A stretch of 63,071 bases of DNA, filler included, from Vannella sp. (lineage: Eukaryota), in the NCBI GenBank assembly GCA_023345925.1. It is 5 parts of 5 records of this genome, joined end to end, with 100 filler letters (N's around TTAATTAATTAA, not from the genome) between each part and the next. Parts side by side here need not be neighbours in the genome. Positions count along the whole stretch, not along the records: positions 1 to 20,798 come from JAJQQN010000382.1; positions 20,899 to 37,043 come from JAJQQN010000494.1; 3 more parts are not named here. The stretch is one strand, 5' to 3'. A program made the position numbers and the translations under genes. Numbering within the stretch: the first letter of the stretch is position 1; each line of letters starts with the position of its first letter. The notes beneath the pieces are model-generated. The model was not told the origin of the DNA and did not search any database. It saw only the letters and a program-made list of their open reading frames with translations. This document shows positions 11,234 through 22,470 of this stretch, piece by piece.

Positions 11234-12678
11234 ATGCTTTTGGACGAGTTTACGCGTTATGGTGGGATCGGCTCGTTCCCTTCTTGCTGTGCTGATGTGC
11301 GGGCATAGGGAGGCAGATGGTATTGCCTGATGTTGGTAGAGATGGTCAAGAGAGACTGCGAGGGGCTTCTGTGGCAGTGATTGGAGTGGGAGGGCTCGGT
11401 TGCCCCGTTGTTCTCTACTTGGCCGCAGCGGGGGTTGGGCATATCGGCCTCTTTGATGGTGATACTGTTGAAGCTAGCAACCTTCATCGACAGGTTCTTC
11501 ATACGACCAAGTGGGTGGGGCGATCCAAAGTGTCCTCCGCCCAACACCACCTCAACAAACGGAACCCCCATGTCGCTGTCACTGCTGTGGAGCAGCGCAT
11601 TGGTATAGACCACCTGCAGCTCTTAGAAGGTTATGGGCTTGTGATCGACTGCACAGACAACTCCCCCACGCGCTACTTGCTGAGCGATTACTGCGTCCTC
11701 ACTCACAAAGTAGCTTTCTTTCTGCTTTCCCCTTCCTCTGCCTTACCTCTCACGGCCAGACGCTGATCAGTGGGAGTGCGTTACAAACCTATGGACAGAT
11801 CACTGTGCTGAACTACCTCTCTCCCAGTGGAGGGCCGCGGGGGCCTTGCTATCGCTGTCTCTTCCCCCGTCCTTCTTCGGAGGTTCAGTCCTGTTCGAAC
11901 AGCGGGGTCTTGGGGCCTGTTACTGGCACGATTGGCTCTATGCAAGCCATGGAGGCGATGAAAGTGATCCTCCAGAAACCTCGAGAGGAAGGTGCGTCCC
12001 GTTCCCTGGCCAGCACTTTGCCACGAAGGGGATTCTGACTTGGCCATCAGTGCTCTGTGGGAGGATGTTAATGGTCGACCTTGCTTCCTTCTCTTTCCAC
12101 ACGACCAGATTCCCCAGGAATCCAAATTGTGTTGCTTGCAGTGACATGGCGGGACTCTCTTTCGACCTTCTTCGCGCCATTCAAGTTGGTGAGAGTGAAA
12201 CCTGCTCCACTGCATTGCTTGAAGAGTGTAATCGCATATCCTGTCTCGATTTTGCAAAGGTCAAGCTTGATGAAAGTGACTTGCTCGTCGATGTTCGAAG
12301 TTTGGTACAATTTGACATTTGCCACCTCCCTGGAAGTTATAGTAGGTTCTCCACATGACAAGTAACATGGAAGAAGGCCTGAGTATTGAATGTTAGGTAT
12401 CCCATTGGCCGAACTCCGAGAACGCACAAATAATCAAAATCTGCCCAACAGAATCCAGGCTAGTAAGCGAGGTGCGTTCATGGCACCCAAAGCGTTGAGT
12501 ATCATCACCCTCTTGACACGCGTTGCGTTCAGTGTTTATCATTTGCCGCCGAGGTGTTGACTCCATGGCGGCCACGGACTTGCTCAAAAGGCACTTGCCC
12601 GATGTCCAAGTCGTCAATGTGGATGGAGGATTGCAAGTGTGGAGCCAACTGGTAGATCCCAGCTTCCCCCTGTACTAA
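11234..12678 (+). CDS. MOCS3: Adenylyltransferase/sulfurtransferase (ThiF/MoeB + rhodanese)
   Basis: [39 protein letters not shown], second CxxC (CVAC), rhodanese loop CRRGVDS, C-terminus VDPSFPLY. Several short introns. Confidence 0.92.
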
Positions 12679-12721
12679 TAAATCGATAAAGCAGCTCTTT
12701 TGGACCATTTTTTTGTTGGCC

Positions 12722-14917
12722 ATGAGCGGGGAGCGGTCCACTGACCAAAAGCCGAACGGAGCGCGTGTGGTAGAGGGTGAGTATGGAGATGCCATAGAGA
12801 TACCTCGATCTCGTGGTGCCCCTGTGGCCTTAGCACCCGTGTTCCCGCCGCGCGGTGGGCCCGGACAAGTTGGTCGCTCAGTGGACGATATGGACATCCA
12901 TTACTCGTCCTACGTTGAAGAAAGCGAAAGCGAGGAGTATGAGGACTACCATTTACCTCCTCAGACTCCTCCTTGCTCATGCCCTGAGCATGCGAACGTG
13001 ACACCGACTCATTCTCACTTCCACGAGCTTCTCCTGGACTTCTTTGCGGGCCAAAGCTTTGGTTCTCTATTGCCTGAGTCTAGCAGTGAACAGAAGGCAT
13101 CTAAAGCACGTGCACCGGCTCAACGTGATCGCTTTGGTAGGAACTCTTCCCTTTTCGTTGATCCTTCCTCTCATTCGAGTCTGTGTTAGCTGCAGATTGG
13201 AGCTCAGTCAGAGTAAATGCTCAGGGAGAAGGAGAGCTCAAGCACGCACTTGGGAAGGTTCCACAACAGCTTCCCAGACCGAAAGTAGACCTTCTGCCTG
13301 ACAACAGCTCCGAAGCAGCGCATCCAGGAGTGAAGATCTCTTGGGCTAAGAAGAACCCTCGTGTTGATGTGCTTCGGTACCTCTTGGAGCTGCGCATGCC
13401 TTCTTGCAAGGAGTTGTCAGGATGGTCCCCCATCTACTCGGGCCCTGAGAAGCACTTTACATGTACCCGCCTCCCAAGAGGTACTCGGTGCGAGTTCAGA
13501 GTTCAGGGAGAGAACCAGAATGGTAAAGGAGCTTGGAGTGGAGAGACACAGGTAGTTGTTCCAGGAGCTTCCGCTTCTCGGCCATTCTTTCTGCCCACAA
13601 CGCCTCCGAGCACTTCTGCACCCATCCCTCCTCGAACAGATCGGATGGCAGCTTCAGTGGAAGTGGACGAAGCCAAGATAGCGGAGAACTTCCGAATGGA
13701 TCTGAATACGGCTTTGCAACATCCTTCTGTGGACCGATTGGAGTCGCTGATTCGTCGCATTCGAGATTTGGAGAAGATTTCTCATTCTCCTCGCATCCGG
13801 GAGGTGCTGGAGGATGCTATCGTAGCTCTCCAGCTGAAGGAGGAGGAGTTGATTCTCAGAAATCGCCAATTACCCTATACGCATCGCCGATCTCCTCCTG
13901 ACAGACCTTTGGAAGAGCAACTACGCCAAGCAACTAAGGAAGGAGATATTCCGATGCTCCGTGCTCTGGTGGAAAGAACAGAGCAGGCAGGAGGTGCTCC
14001 ATACGCTCAAGCCAAGCGAACGTTGCAGCAATTACAGAAAGTGGCTGATGTTAGGAATCAGCTGAAGGGCGCTCTCTCTTCCAGCAGCATTGGAGAGCTG
14101 AAAGCAGCCATTGATATGGCAGAGAAATGGGAAAGTTCAGAATTGGTGTTGGGACGAGAGATTGCGGCTTGTAACGAAAAGATAAGTCAATTGACATCTC
14201 CTCGCTACAAAGGCATCTCCAAGAAGGACTTATCTCCGTCTGTTCAAAAGATTTATGAGGGGATGCGCGACCAGGTATGGTGGTCCTCTTTGCAGGACGA
14301 TGCGCGACTCACCTTCCCAAGGCACTTTCAAAATTGAAACAAATTTCGAGCAGCTCGAGTGATGCCTTTTCCCTTGAAGAGCTGCTTGACGCGATTAGTG
14401 TCTCCTCTCCATGGGCCATGGAAGCAAGTTTTCGAGATCATATTCACGAGTGTGGAATGAGAATACGCCTTCAGCAAGAACTCATCTTTGTAAGTGAAGG
14501 CGAGTTTGTGGCTCCGATGTATTACTGATAGTCTTTCCGGCATGTCATCAGGCCAGGAGATTGCTTCATTCTGCAATTCGGTCAGAGAATCGCACTGAAA
14601 TCAACCACTGCTTTCAACAATTGGTTCACATGACCCATTTGCATGCTGCGTTAGAGTACGAGTTCCAACAATGCTGGGGTATTCTTGAACGACTCCATGT
14701 GGCTGAGCTGAGACGACTATTACGACAATTCAATCTTTACCCCAACTCTGTCCCGGAGATCCAATTCATCGTAGATGAGGCTCAGCTTTACAAGTCATTC
14801 ATGCAGCGCGAAGTCATCACCGCTCAGGAGCAGTTGCAATGCATCCAATCCCAAAACACCACTCAGTGCCGCCACCGTTCCTGCCACCACTCTAATTGTT
14901 CGGGTGAAGCCCAGTAA
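12722..14917 (+). CDS. Fibronectin type III domain protein with helical C-terminal region, spliced
   Basis: FN3 signature WSPIYSGPEKHFTCTRLPRGTRCEFRVQGENQNGKGAWS. Consecutive + ORFs are linked by GT-AG introns. Confidence 0.6.
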
Positions 14918-15206
14918 GTTCCTGCTAGCAGCATGTAAATACAACTTTGAAACGGTTCCAATTAAAAGTGTCAGCCATCACACAAGGCAGCTCTCCTTAG
15001 CTACGAGGACTTCCAACCGTCTATAAATGGTGAAGGCTATTTCTATTTAGCAAGCTACTATGCAGAGATCGGCCTACCAAGAGGCCGGCTCCGTGAAAAC
15101 GTGCATGTCCTAATCATCGAAGATGTTCCATCGCCAGACGGATCGGCTCGATTGCTGGGTCGATTATGGGAGATAAAAAGTGGCTTATTGGACCGATATG
15201 TATTGC

Positions 15207-18200
15207 TTAGTCCCAATCATCGTCCTCCTCTTCTGTTGCCACTGCAGGACTCTTCTCGCCTTCCACACCCTTTCTTCGGGCAATGAGTGCTCTTGCGAGG
15301 ACGTGGAGTACGTTTTGGTCGTCAAAGTGTTTACTCAAGTCTTCGTCCAAAGCTTTGGGCGGTGCCTTGGAAACAGGGTTAGGAAGACCTCAAAAGTGGT
15401 TGTGAACGCACCTCTACTCGTTTGAGTGACTTGCCGCCTCTTATCTCCCCGAAAATGTCGGGGTTAGCTTTCTGGCTTTCTTCTTTGGACAAGACAATGG
15501 GCGGTAATGAGCTGTTTCCAATGGGAGGTGGTGGGGGAGGGGGAGCTTTGATGGAGATGGAGGGGTTGCTGGGAGTTTTGGCCGTTGGGAAGATGGAAGT
15601 GCGGTTAGAAGTGACCTTCACCTTGAGTGCGTTGCATTCCAATTGAAGCGATTCAATCTTTTCTTTCTGCTGCTTATTCTGTACTTCTAATTCTGTACGG
15701 GAAGAGCGAAGAGAGGAGAGGCCGCTCTCAAGCTGTGTTAGTGAGAGCGTTGCGCGTTCTAACTCTGCCAGAAGATCTCCTCGGACCTCCTCTAATCCAA
15801 ATCGCAATGCACGCTCTGATTCCAGCTCAGTACGGAGGGTTGAAAGGAGATCTTCAGCATGAGCGAGTGAGTCCATGTTGATTCCTTTCAGGCTGTTGTC
15901 TGACTTTTCACTCTCAAGAACTAGAAGCGAATCTCTCTGCTCCGAAATGGTTCGAGAGGCCTTCTCAAGATCTCGCTCCAGATTAGCAATGAGACTTTGC
16001 AAGTCTTTCTCTCTCTCAGTCTGGGCACTTTTGAATTTGTGCAACTCTTCGTCGTGACTCGCCTGGAGCGAGTGGATGTCATTTTTCGTTTCCAGGGTAG
16101 AACTTTGTAGTTGAAGTTGAGTCGAAGCCAAAGCATTATCAAGGTCTATTCGATCCTTCTGGAGCTGAAGGAGGGTCCTTTCTTGCTCCACACAGGATGA
16201 CTGGAGCGAATCTATTCGAAGTTGGAGTGTTTCTCTCTGGGAAGATAATTCCTGTCTTATTCTTTCCATCTCCATTTGCAAAACAGAGAGCTCTTTCATC
16301 TGGAAGGTTAACACTTTCTCTTTCTCCAAAGACTGAGCGGATTGGAGTTGCAGTGAATCTTGCAGCTTTGCTTGTTCAGAGAGTGCTTCAAAAAGCTTCC
16401 TACGCTCTTCCTCGTAGTTCAGTTCCAACCGCGCTCGTTCCTTTTCAGAAAGGGACAATTGGCAAGTCAGATTGGCTTCGATTTCGGCATTGTACGAAAG
16501 TGTCTCTGCAATGAGTGTTTCCTTGCGACTCAATTCCTGTTGAAGAGAAGTAGTTTGGTTCATCAAGTGTCGCGTTTCTTTCCTCGCTGAATCGAGTTGC
16601 TCTTCGAGCTCCTGAATTTGGCGGTTAAATGATCTGCTCATCTCTCCTAACTGAAGTTCAAAGGCTTGAGTTTGGTCTGGGTTTCCAGAGTCCGAGGAAC
16701 TCAAGATTTTAGTTTCTGCTTCTCGCAGGGCCGCCTCCAAATCTCGCTTCTCCCCTTCAAGTTGCTTTTGGGCAGATTGGCTCTGCTCAAGGAACTCTTT
16801 GTGCTTGTTCGTAGAATCCTCCAGCATCGCCTCAAAGCGACTGGCAACAACCAGAGCTCTCTCTTTTGCGCTGCCTTCGTTTGCCTTGGCTACACGAAGC
16901 TCTTCTGTTTCCAATTGGAGAACTTTAAGTTGCTTTCGGAGCTGTTCAATCTCAACAATTGCTGCACTCTCTCGGGTACGTGAAAGTAGCAAATCAGAAG
17001 ATTGTGCAGTAAATGCACGTTGAAGATTGGAAGTGGATTCTGAGGATGAAGTAAGAAGGAGCGCGTTCTCTGATTCTAACTGATTTGCGCGGCTCTCTTG
17101 GTTTCTTAGCTCAGCTGTGTAGTGGGCTATCTTGTTCTCCAACTGCTGCACTTTATCCAGTGATGTCTGTTTCTCTTCTCGCATTCGTTCTGCTTCTTCT
17201 TGTATCTGCCTCCAATGGATCCCATTAGATTCCTGAAGACGGACCAGTTGGGCTTCAAATGCACTTCGTTGTTGAAGTAACTCCGCAGCATGCTGTTGCG
17301 TTAAAGAGGCCAGATAACATTCGTGAGTTTGTTCGAGCTTCTGCCGACTTTCTTGCTCTTCCCGAAGGCGAAGAGTTTCTTGTTGCCTTTGCTGTTGCAG
17401 GAATGCTAATTCTTCTAAATGAATGAGTTGCTGCGATTTCATCTTCTCTTGAAGGCTTTGGATGAAACGATGGGATCCCAGATCCTCTGAAGCTCTCGGA
17501 GACAGCCGAGAAGAGTCTTCTTGCCATTTTGTCTTCTCGTTTTGCAGCTTGTGAAGAAGTTTGTCCCTTTCCACTAAAGCACTGGCCTGCGTATGACTTT
17601 CAATCTTCAATTGAGTCAGGTCCTGTGTTCGAACCCTCAACTTTGCCTTCGTGTCTTCAAGATCAGATTGGACTTGCGCGAAACGGCGCTCCCATTCTGC
17701 CGTCGAGCTCTCCGATTCCGTCTGTAGTCGGACGATTCGGGAGGCTTGCTCTTCCAGTTTGGCCTGCATGGCCCCTAGTTCGTACTCATTGTCCCCTCCA
17801 ACGGCATTCCCTGGAAGTGAATGCCCGAAATGAGCTTCGCTTGTGGAGCGCACTATCGAGTTGGGTCGTTGAATGCTGTTTCGCGCTCGCGAAGGGGAGC
17901 TGTTGGGAGAGGATTCTCTGCTATTTCCGATCACAAAGCGGCGGCCACGGTTCGTACCAGGTCCCGCTACTCTCTTAAAGTCGCTTTGAGCCTTATTTGG
18001 CGGTGGGGTGGTCCTGGCAGAAGGCCGTGTCTTGTCAGCAGAGCCCCACTCACCAAAGTCATCTTGAGTGACTCCCAGCTTGCCAGTGAGAAGGAGCTGC
18101 GCCTCCTCTTTGGAGAGTCCTTCCACTCCCATCGCTTGAAGCGTCTTGTTGAGGTTGTTCAAGAGGTTCTGCCAGTCAGGAGGGAGGTTGAAGGCTTCAA

Positions 18201-18681
18201 TGCCCTTCTCTGAGAAGCCCATATGGCCTTCGTGTTGGAAGTCAGTGGGGCCCTGAATGTTCATGGCCGTCTCCCCTTCTCTTCCCACCACCCGCTTGAA
18301 TCTACGAGGGATCCTTCTCAGTACTGAAAGGAGCTATCAAAAGGGTGCAAATAGAACGTACAGGGCGCCGATCATGGAGGGTTTCTTCGTCACCAGCGGG
18401 AGCGGTAACGGGCGAGCGGGAATGTTTGACATTGTTGCTGATCTAGCGGGTATGGGAGGGGCTTCTGATGGTCGAGGAGGAACTGGAGGCTCTGTGGGAC
18501 GATGCCTGTAGCTCATTTGTGGCTTGGGAGGGGTGAAAACGAAGGTACTGGACGGCTGTTGTTGGTGGTTATGAAGGCAATTGACGCAGATTCGGGGATT
18601 GAATGAGTTCGCCTCGAAAGCAAGGCAAAGGCAACTGTGACACTGCGGAGGAGGAGCCTCCTTGTCACCAGCAGGCCACAT
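15207..18681 (-). CDS. CRIB, long coiled-coil, polyproline, WH2-central-acidic (WCA) protein; putative Arp2/3 nucleation-promoting factor
   Basis: CRIB IQGPTDFQHEGHMG; about 700 aa of coiled-coil-like sequence; PPPPPPP; WH2 DIFGEIRGGKSLKRVE. Spliced terminal exons give LARALIARR and EEEDDDWD-stop (15207). Cys/His-rich first exon. Confidence 0.75.
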
Positions 18682-18782
18682 TCAGTCCCAACCGCTCCTC
18701 CAAAAGAATGAAAGACTTCAAAAGGCATTTTCCCGCCCCCTTGACGACAAACACACTCACTCGAAGCTTTAACATACAAATC

Positions 18783-18846
18783 CAAGCCTCCTTCCCACTA
18801 ACAAGCCTCCTTCCCGCTAACAAACCTCCTTCCCGCTAACAAACCT
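18783..18846. repeat. 19-nt tandem repeat, about 3.3 copies (CAARCCTCCTTCCCRCTAA)
   Basis: Units at 18783, 18802 and 18821, with a partial unit at 18840, lying between divergent genes. Confidence 0.9.
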
Positions 18847-18881
18847 TCAATTCTTGTTGGAAGGGCGTCCGACACTGGCCA

Positions 18882-20740
18882 ATGTTGCCTGTTCTGCGCC
18901 GTATCTTGTCTGCGTCTCGTTCGCGTGTGGCTGTGTCTTCTGAGAATGGTTCATTGACCTATGAAGAGCTCATTCTCCGATCACAAGCGGCTGCAAGGCG
19001 CTTGAAGAAGGCTTTCCCGCCCCAAGAACACACTGTTCTTTGTCGTTCGCCTGCTGGGGAGGCCCATAGTGCTGGTCGAGTGAGCTTGCTTGATGCTGGA
19101 AGTCTTCACTTTGTCACTTCTCTCCTGGGAACGTGGATGGCGGGCTTGGCGTCAGTCCCTCTCTGTAAGGAGGATAGTCGAGGCGATTTCTTCTCATCCC
19201 CTTTGCCCAGGCCCTTCTCACCCGGCCCTGCAATGGGAGTACTTTATAACAGACTCTGAATGTCAAGCAAGTTGGGTTCACTCGTCCCAGGAAGCCGCTT
19301 TGCGGCCCATTCTGGGTAAGTTAGCAGGCGACTTGTCCGTCCTGGCTCTCGTCCTGCACATCCCAGATTGTTGATTGCTCATCGCCAATCAGAAAAGGTG
19401 CGAATCCCTTCTCTTTTGAGTGACTGTCAGTCTGCGGAGACCGAGATTGACGAGAGCCTTTTCATTCACGATGCCCATCTTCATGCTCTGACCGTCTATA
19501 CGAGGTGAATGAGACGATTCTTTCTCTCCCCAAATGGAAGCAATTACTGATTGTAGTAGTGGGACAACCGGGCCACCCAAAGGTGTAGTGCAGTCCCATG
19601 CAGTTGTGGCTGCTCGACTGGAATCGCTGCACTCGGCTTGGGGTTGGAGTCAGGATGATTTGATTCTCAGTTTTCTTCCATTGCATCACGTCCACGGACT
19701 CTACAATGTAAGCCAGACCGGCAAAGTCACCAAACTGAGAGAAGAGAATAGGTGGTTTTGAATGCTCTTTGGGCCGGAGCTCAAGTGCATATGATGGAGC
19801 GCTTCGATGCCCGAAAAGTTTGGGAGTTTCTTTGTGACACCAATAACCGACTGAGCGTGTTTATGGCAGTTCCTACTGTCTACGTGAAACTGATCTCTGA
19901 ATATCACTTGGCTGATCGTTCGACTCAGCTTCGAATGGAAGCCGGCTGCCGTCGGCTTCGTCTGATGGTCTCTGGCTCAGCCGCACTTCCTGAAACGGTG
20001 ATGTCTCAATGGCAAGTGATCTCTGGACACAAACTGTTGGAGCGTTATGGAATGACGGAAATCGGAATGGCTCTTTCGAATCCTTTGGAAGGAGAACGCA
20101 TCCCTGTCAGTTTAATCCAAGCTACGGATACCACTCGAGACTAACTTAAAACAGGGGATGGTCGGCTGCCCCTTACCGGGAGTCGAAATTCAAATTGATT
20201 CTGGCTCTGCGCAGTCAGGAGAGCTTTTGGTCAAAGGAAACCTCCTATTCAATGGATATTGGCAGAAAGAAGCTTTGACCAAAGCGGAGTTCAAAGGGGA
20301 TTACTTCCGGACAGGCGACACTGTTCAACTCATTGGTGACTCCATTAAGATCCTTGGGCGTACCTCTGTGGATATACTCAAGGTTGGAGGGTACAAGATT
20401 TCCGCCCTTGACATTGAAAGTGTCCTTTTGACCCATCCAGACATCTCGTAAGCTCCCTTTAAGATTTGAGGTTTTGATGTATTGACGAATCTGATCGGGA
20501 ACGGGGTTCAGTGAGTGTGCCGTTTTAGGAGTACCAGACGAGATGCTGGGACAGAAAGTGGCAGCTTTGGTCGTGTCCCAGAAGGGGCTCAGCCTGGAAG
20601 AGCTGCGCATTTTTGCAGGAAGCCGACTTCCCCGCTACCAATTGCCAGAAATGATTCATCTTCAAACAGAAGAATTACCCAAGAATGCAATGGGAAAAGT
20701 GAACAAAAAGCAATTGCTCGTTCACTTCCCCCGAAAATGA
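18882..20740 (+). CDS. ACSF3: Malonate-CoA ligase / acyl-CoA synthetase family member 3
   Basis: AMP-binding motif SGTTGPPKGV, LPLHHVHG, RLMVSGSAALP, LLERYGMTEIGMALSNP, FRTGD, GRTSVDILKVGGYKISALDIE, LPKNAMGKVNKK. Confidence 0.9.
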
Positions 20741-20798
20741 AATTCCACGGAGAACTCGCTGGAATTCCGTGAAGTTCTCCCTGTTGGGCATTGTACCG

Positions 20799-20898
20799 NN
20801 NNNNNNNNNNNNNNNNNNNNNNNNNNNNNNNNNNNNNNNNNNTTAATTAATTAANNNNNNNNNNNNNNNNNNNNNNNNNNNNNNNNNNNNNNNNNNNN
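20799..20898. other. Artificial contig-joining spacer
   Basis: 44 N + TTAATTAATTAA (stops in all six frames) + 44 N. Confidence 0.98.
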
Positions 20899-21325
20899 CC
20901 CTGACCGATTCCAATGGCATTACTATCACTCAGGTTCAGGATCCTATCAAAATCTGCTTTGAAGAGCCCAACAGCAAAGGAAAGGGAGGTTAAAGTCCCT
21001 TTGCCTTGGATTCTTTTCTGTGAAGGAGAATCGCTGGAAGTGCCAAGACCCTTGTATCAAGCAACAGGATAGCACTCTTTGTGGTGAGACAGATCACTTG
21101 ACCTCTTTTGCCTTGCTTTTGCAAGGAGGGGCCAACGCAGATCCATGCACTGGTAAAGTTCCTTCTAGTCGGATCCTTCCCAGGCTGACGCTTGCCTTTG
21201 TTTGCTTCGCCATCTTTATCTTGTTGCTTTCAGTAGTCATCGAGATCAATCATCGAATCCGAGTCCGGCGAAGCAACATTTCTTTCTCCAGAATAGAAAC
21301 TCTCCCTTTTCATTCCCCTGGATGA
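20899..21325 (+). pseudogene. 3' fragment of a GPS + single-TM receptor, frameshifted; paralog of the 26995-30385 gene
   Basis: The frame from 20901 (LTDSNGITITQVQDPIKICF) stops at TAA 20991. Homology continues in another frame (CLGFFSVKENRWKCQDPC...CGETDHLTSFALLL...hydrophobic TM). The 5' part is cut by the contig end. Confidence 0.65.
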
Positions 21326-21418
21326 ACCCACCCATCCTACCCCTTTCATACAACTTCCTTTCACAAACTCTTCCTCATGATACGATCAAATCCCATTCAA
21401 AAGGCCATTTTTAGGGGG

Positions 21419-22426
21419 ATGGAGGGCGAAGGGGGCGCTGTTGTCGTTGTTTTGGGTTCTGCTCAGGATGGTGGGCTGCCTCAGTTGGGATCTTTTCATC
21501 AACAAGACTTGCGGGCAATGAAGGAGGGTCAGATGCAACGGATGGGGGCTTCTGTAGCGGTGATCTCAGGCAACGGACGGTGTCTCCTCATTGACGCCTC
21601 CCCAGACCTCCGCCATCAGTACTACCGAATCTTAATGACTATTCCAGAGTACTATGTACCTCGTCAAATGGACCCTGAGCTTCCAATCTTCGATGCCATC
21701 GTTCTTACTCACGCTCACATGGGCCATTACCTTGGTGAGCTCTCTTCGGGCCTTCCCCACTCGATCTCATCAAGTTTAGGACTCGCTCTCTTAGGCAAAG
21801 AGTCTGCAAACACTCAGCAAGTGCCCACATACACAACTCACTCGATGGGGCGCTTCCTTCGAGAGAATGCACCTTGGAACCAGCTCATCCAGCTCCAGAA
21901 TATCTCTATCCAAGAGGTAGAGTCGCTACCTTACAGTAAAGCGCAACGCTTTAGCCTATGGGAGGGTCTGGAACTGCGGCTTTTCACGGTTCCTCACCGC
22001 GCTGAGTTCACTGGTGAGTCAGTTAGAGGAAGGATTGTGGTCCTCTGACGGATTCCAGACACCATTGGAGTCTCCATCAACTCTCGAGTGATGTATGTTC
22101 CAGACATTGACGATTGGGAGCTTTGGGAGGAAGCAGAGGAAGCTTTTAAGGCCCATCAAGTCTGCATTGTGGATGCAACTTTTTACGACAAAACAGAGCT
22201 TTCTGGAATCTCTCGCGACTTGGTTTCGATTCCACATCCTTCCGTTTGCGCAACGGTCAAAAGATTTGGCCATTTGAGTGATTCTCGCTCCATTGTGCTT
22301 TCCCACCTGAATCATTCGAACCCCATTTGCATGCCTGACTCAGCCGAAGCGCTCTCCGTGAAGGAACTGGGATTTTTCATTGCTGATGACGGAATGCAGT
22401 TTCGCATCCAAACAATAACCGAATGA
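21419..22426 (+). CDS. PqqB-like metallo-beta-lactamase-fold hydrolase, spliced
   Basis: VLGSAQDGGLPQLG, LLIDASPDLRHQ, THAHMGHY, VPHRAEF, YVPDID, DATFY, IPHP, SHLNHSNP. Two short GT-AG introns. Confidence 0.8.
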
Positions 22427-22470
22427 GCATTAAAGGAGGATGGTAGCTTTGCTATCTTGAGGTCACTTCT

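Noticed and set aside
18783..18846. Possible CRISPR array
   Set aside because: The repeats are directly adjacent with no spacers, there are no cas genes, and the context is eukaryotic.
20843..20854. TTAATTAATTAA palindrome recurring four times
   Set aside because: It is always centred in an identical 100-nt N spacer, so it is an artificial six-frame-stop linker.
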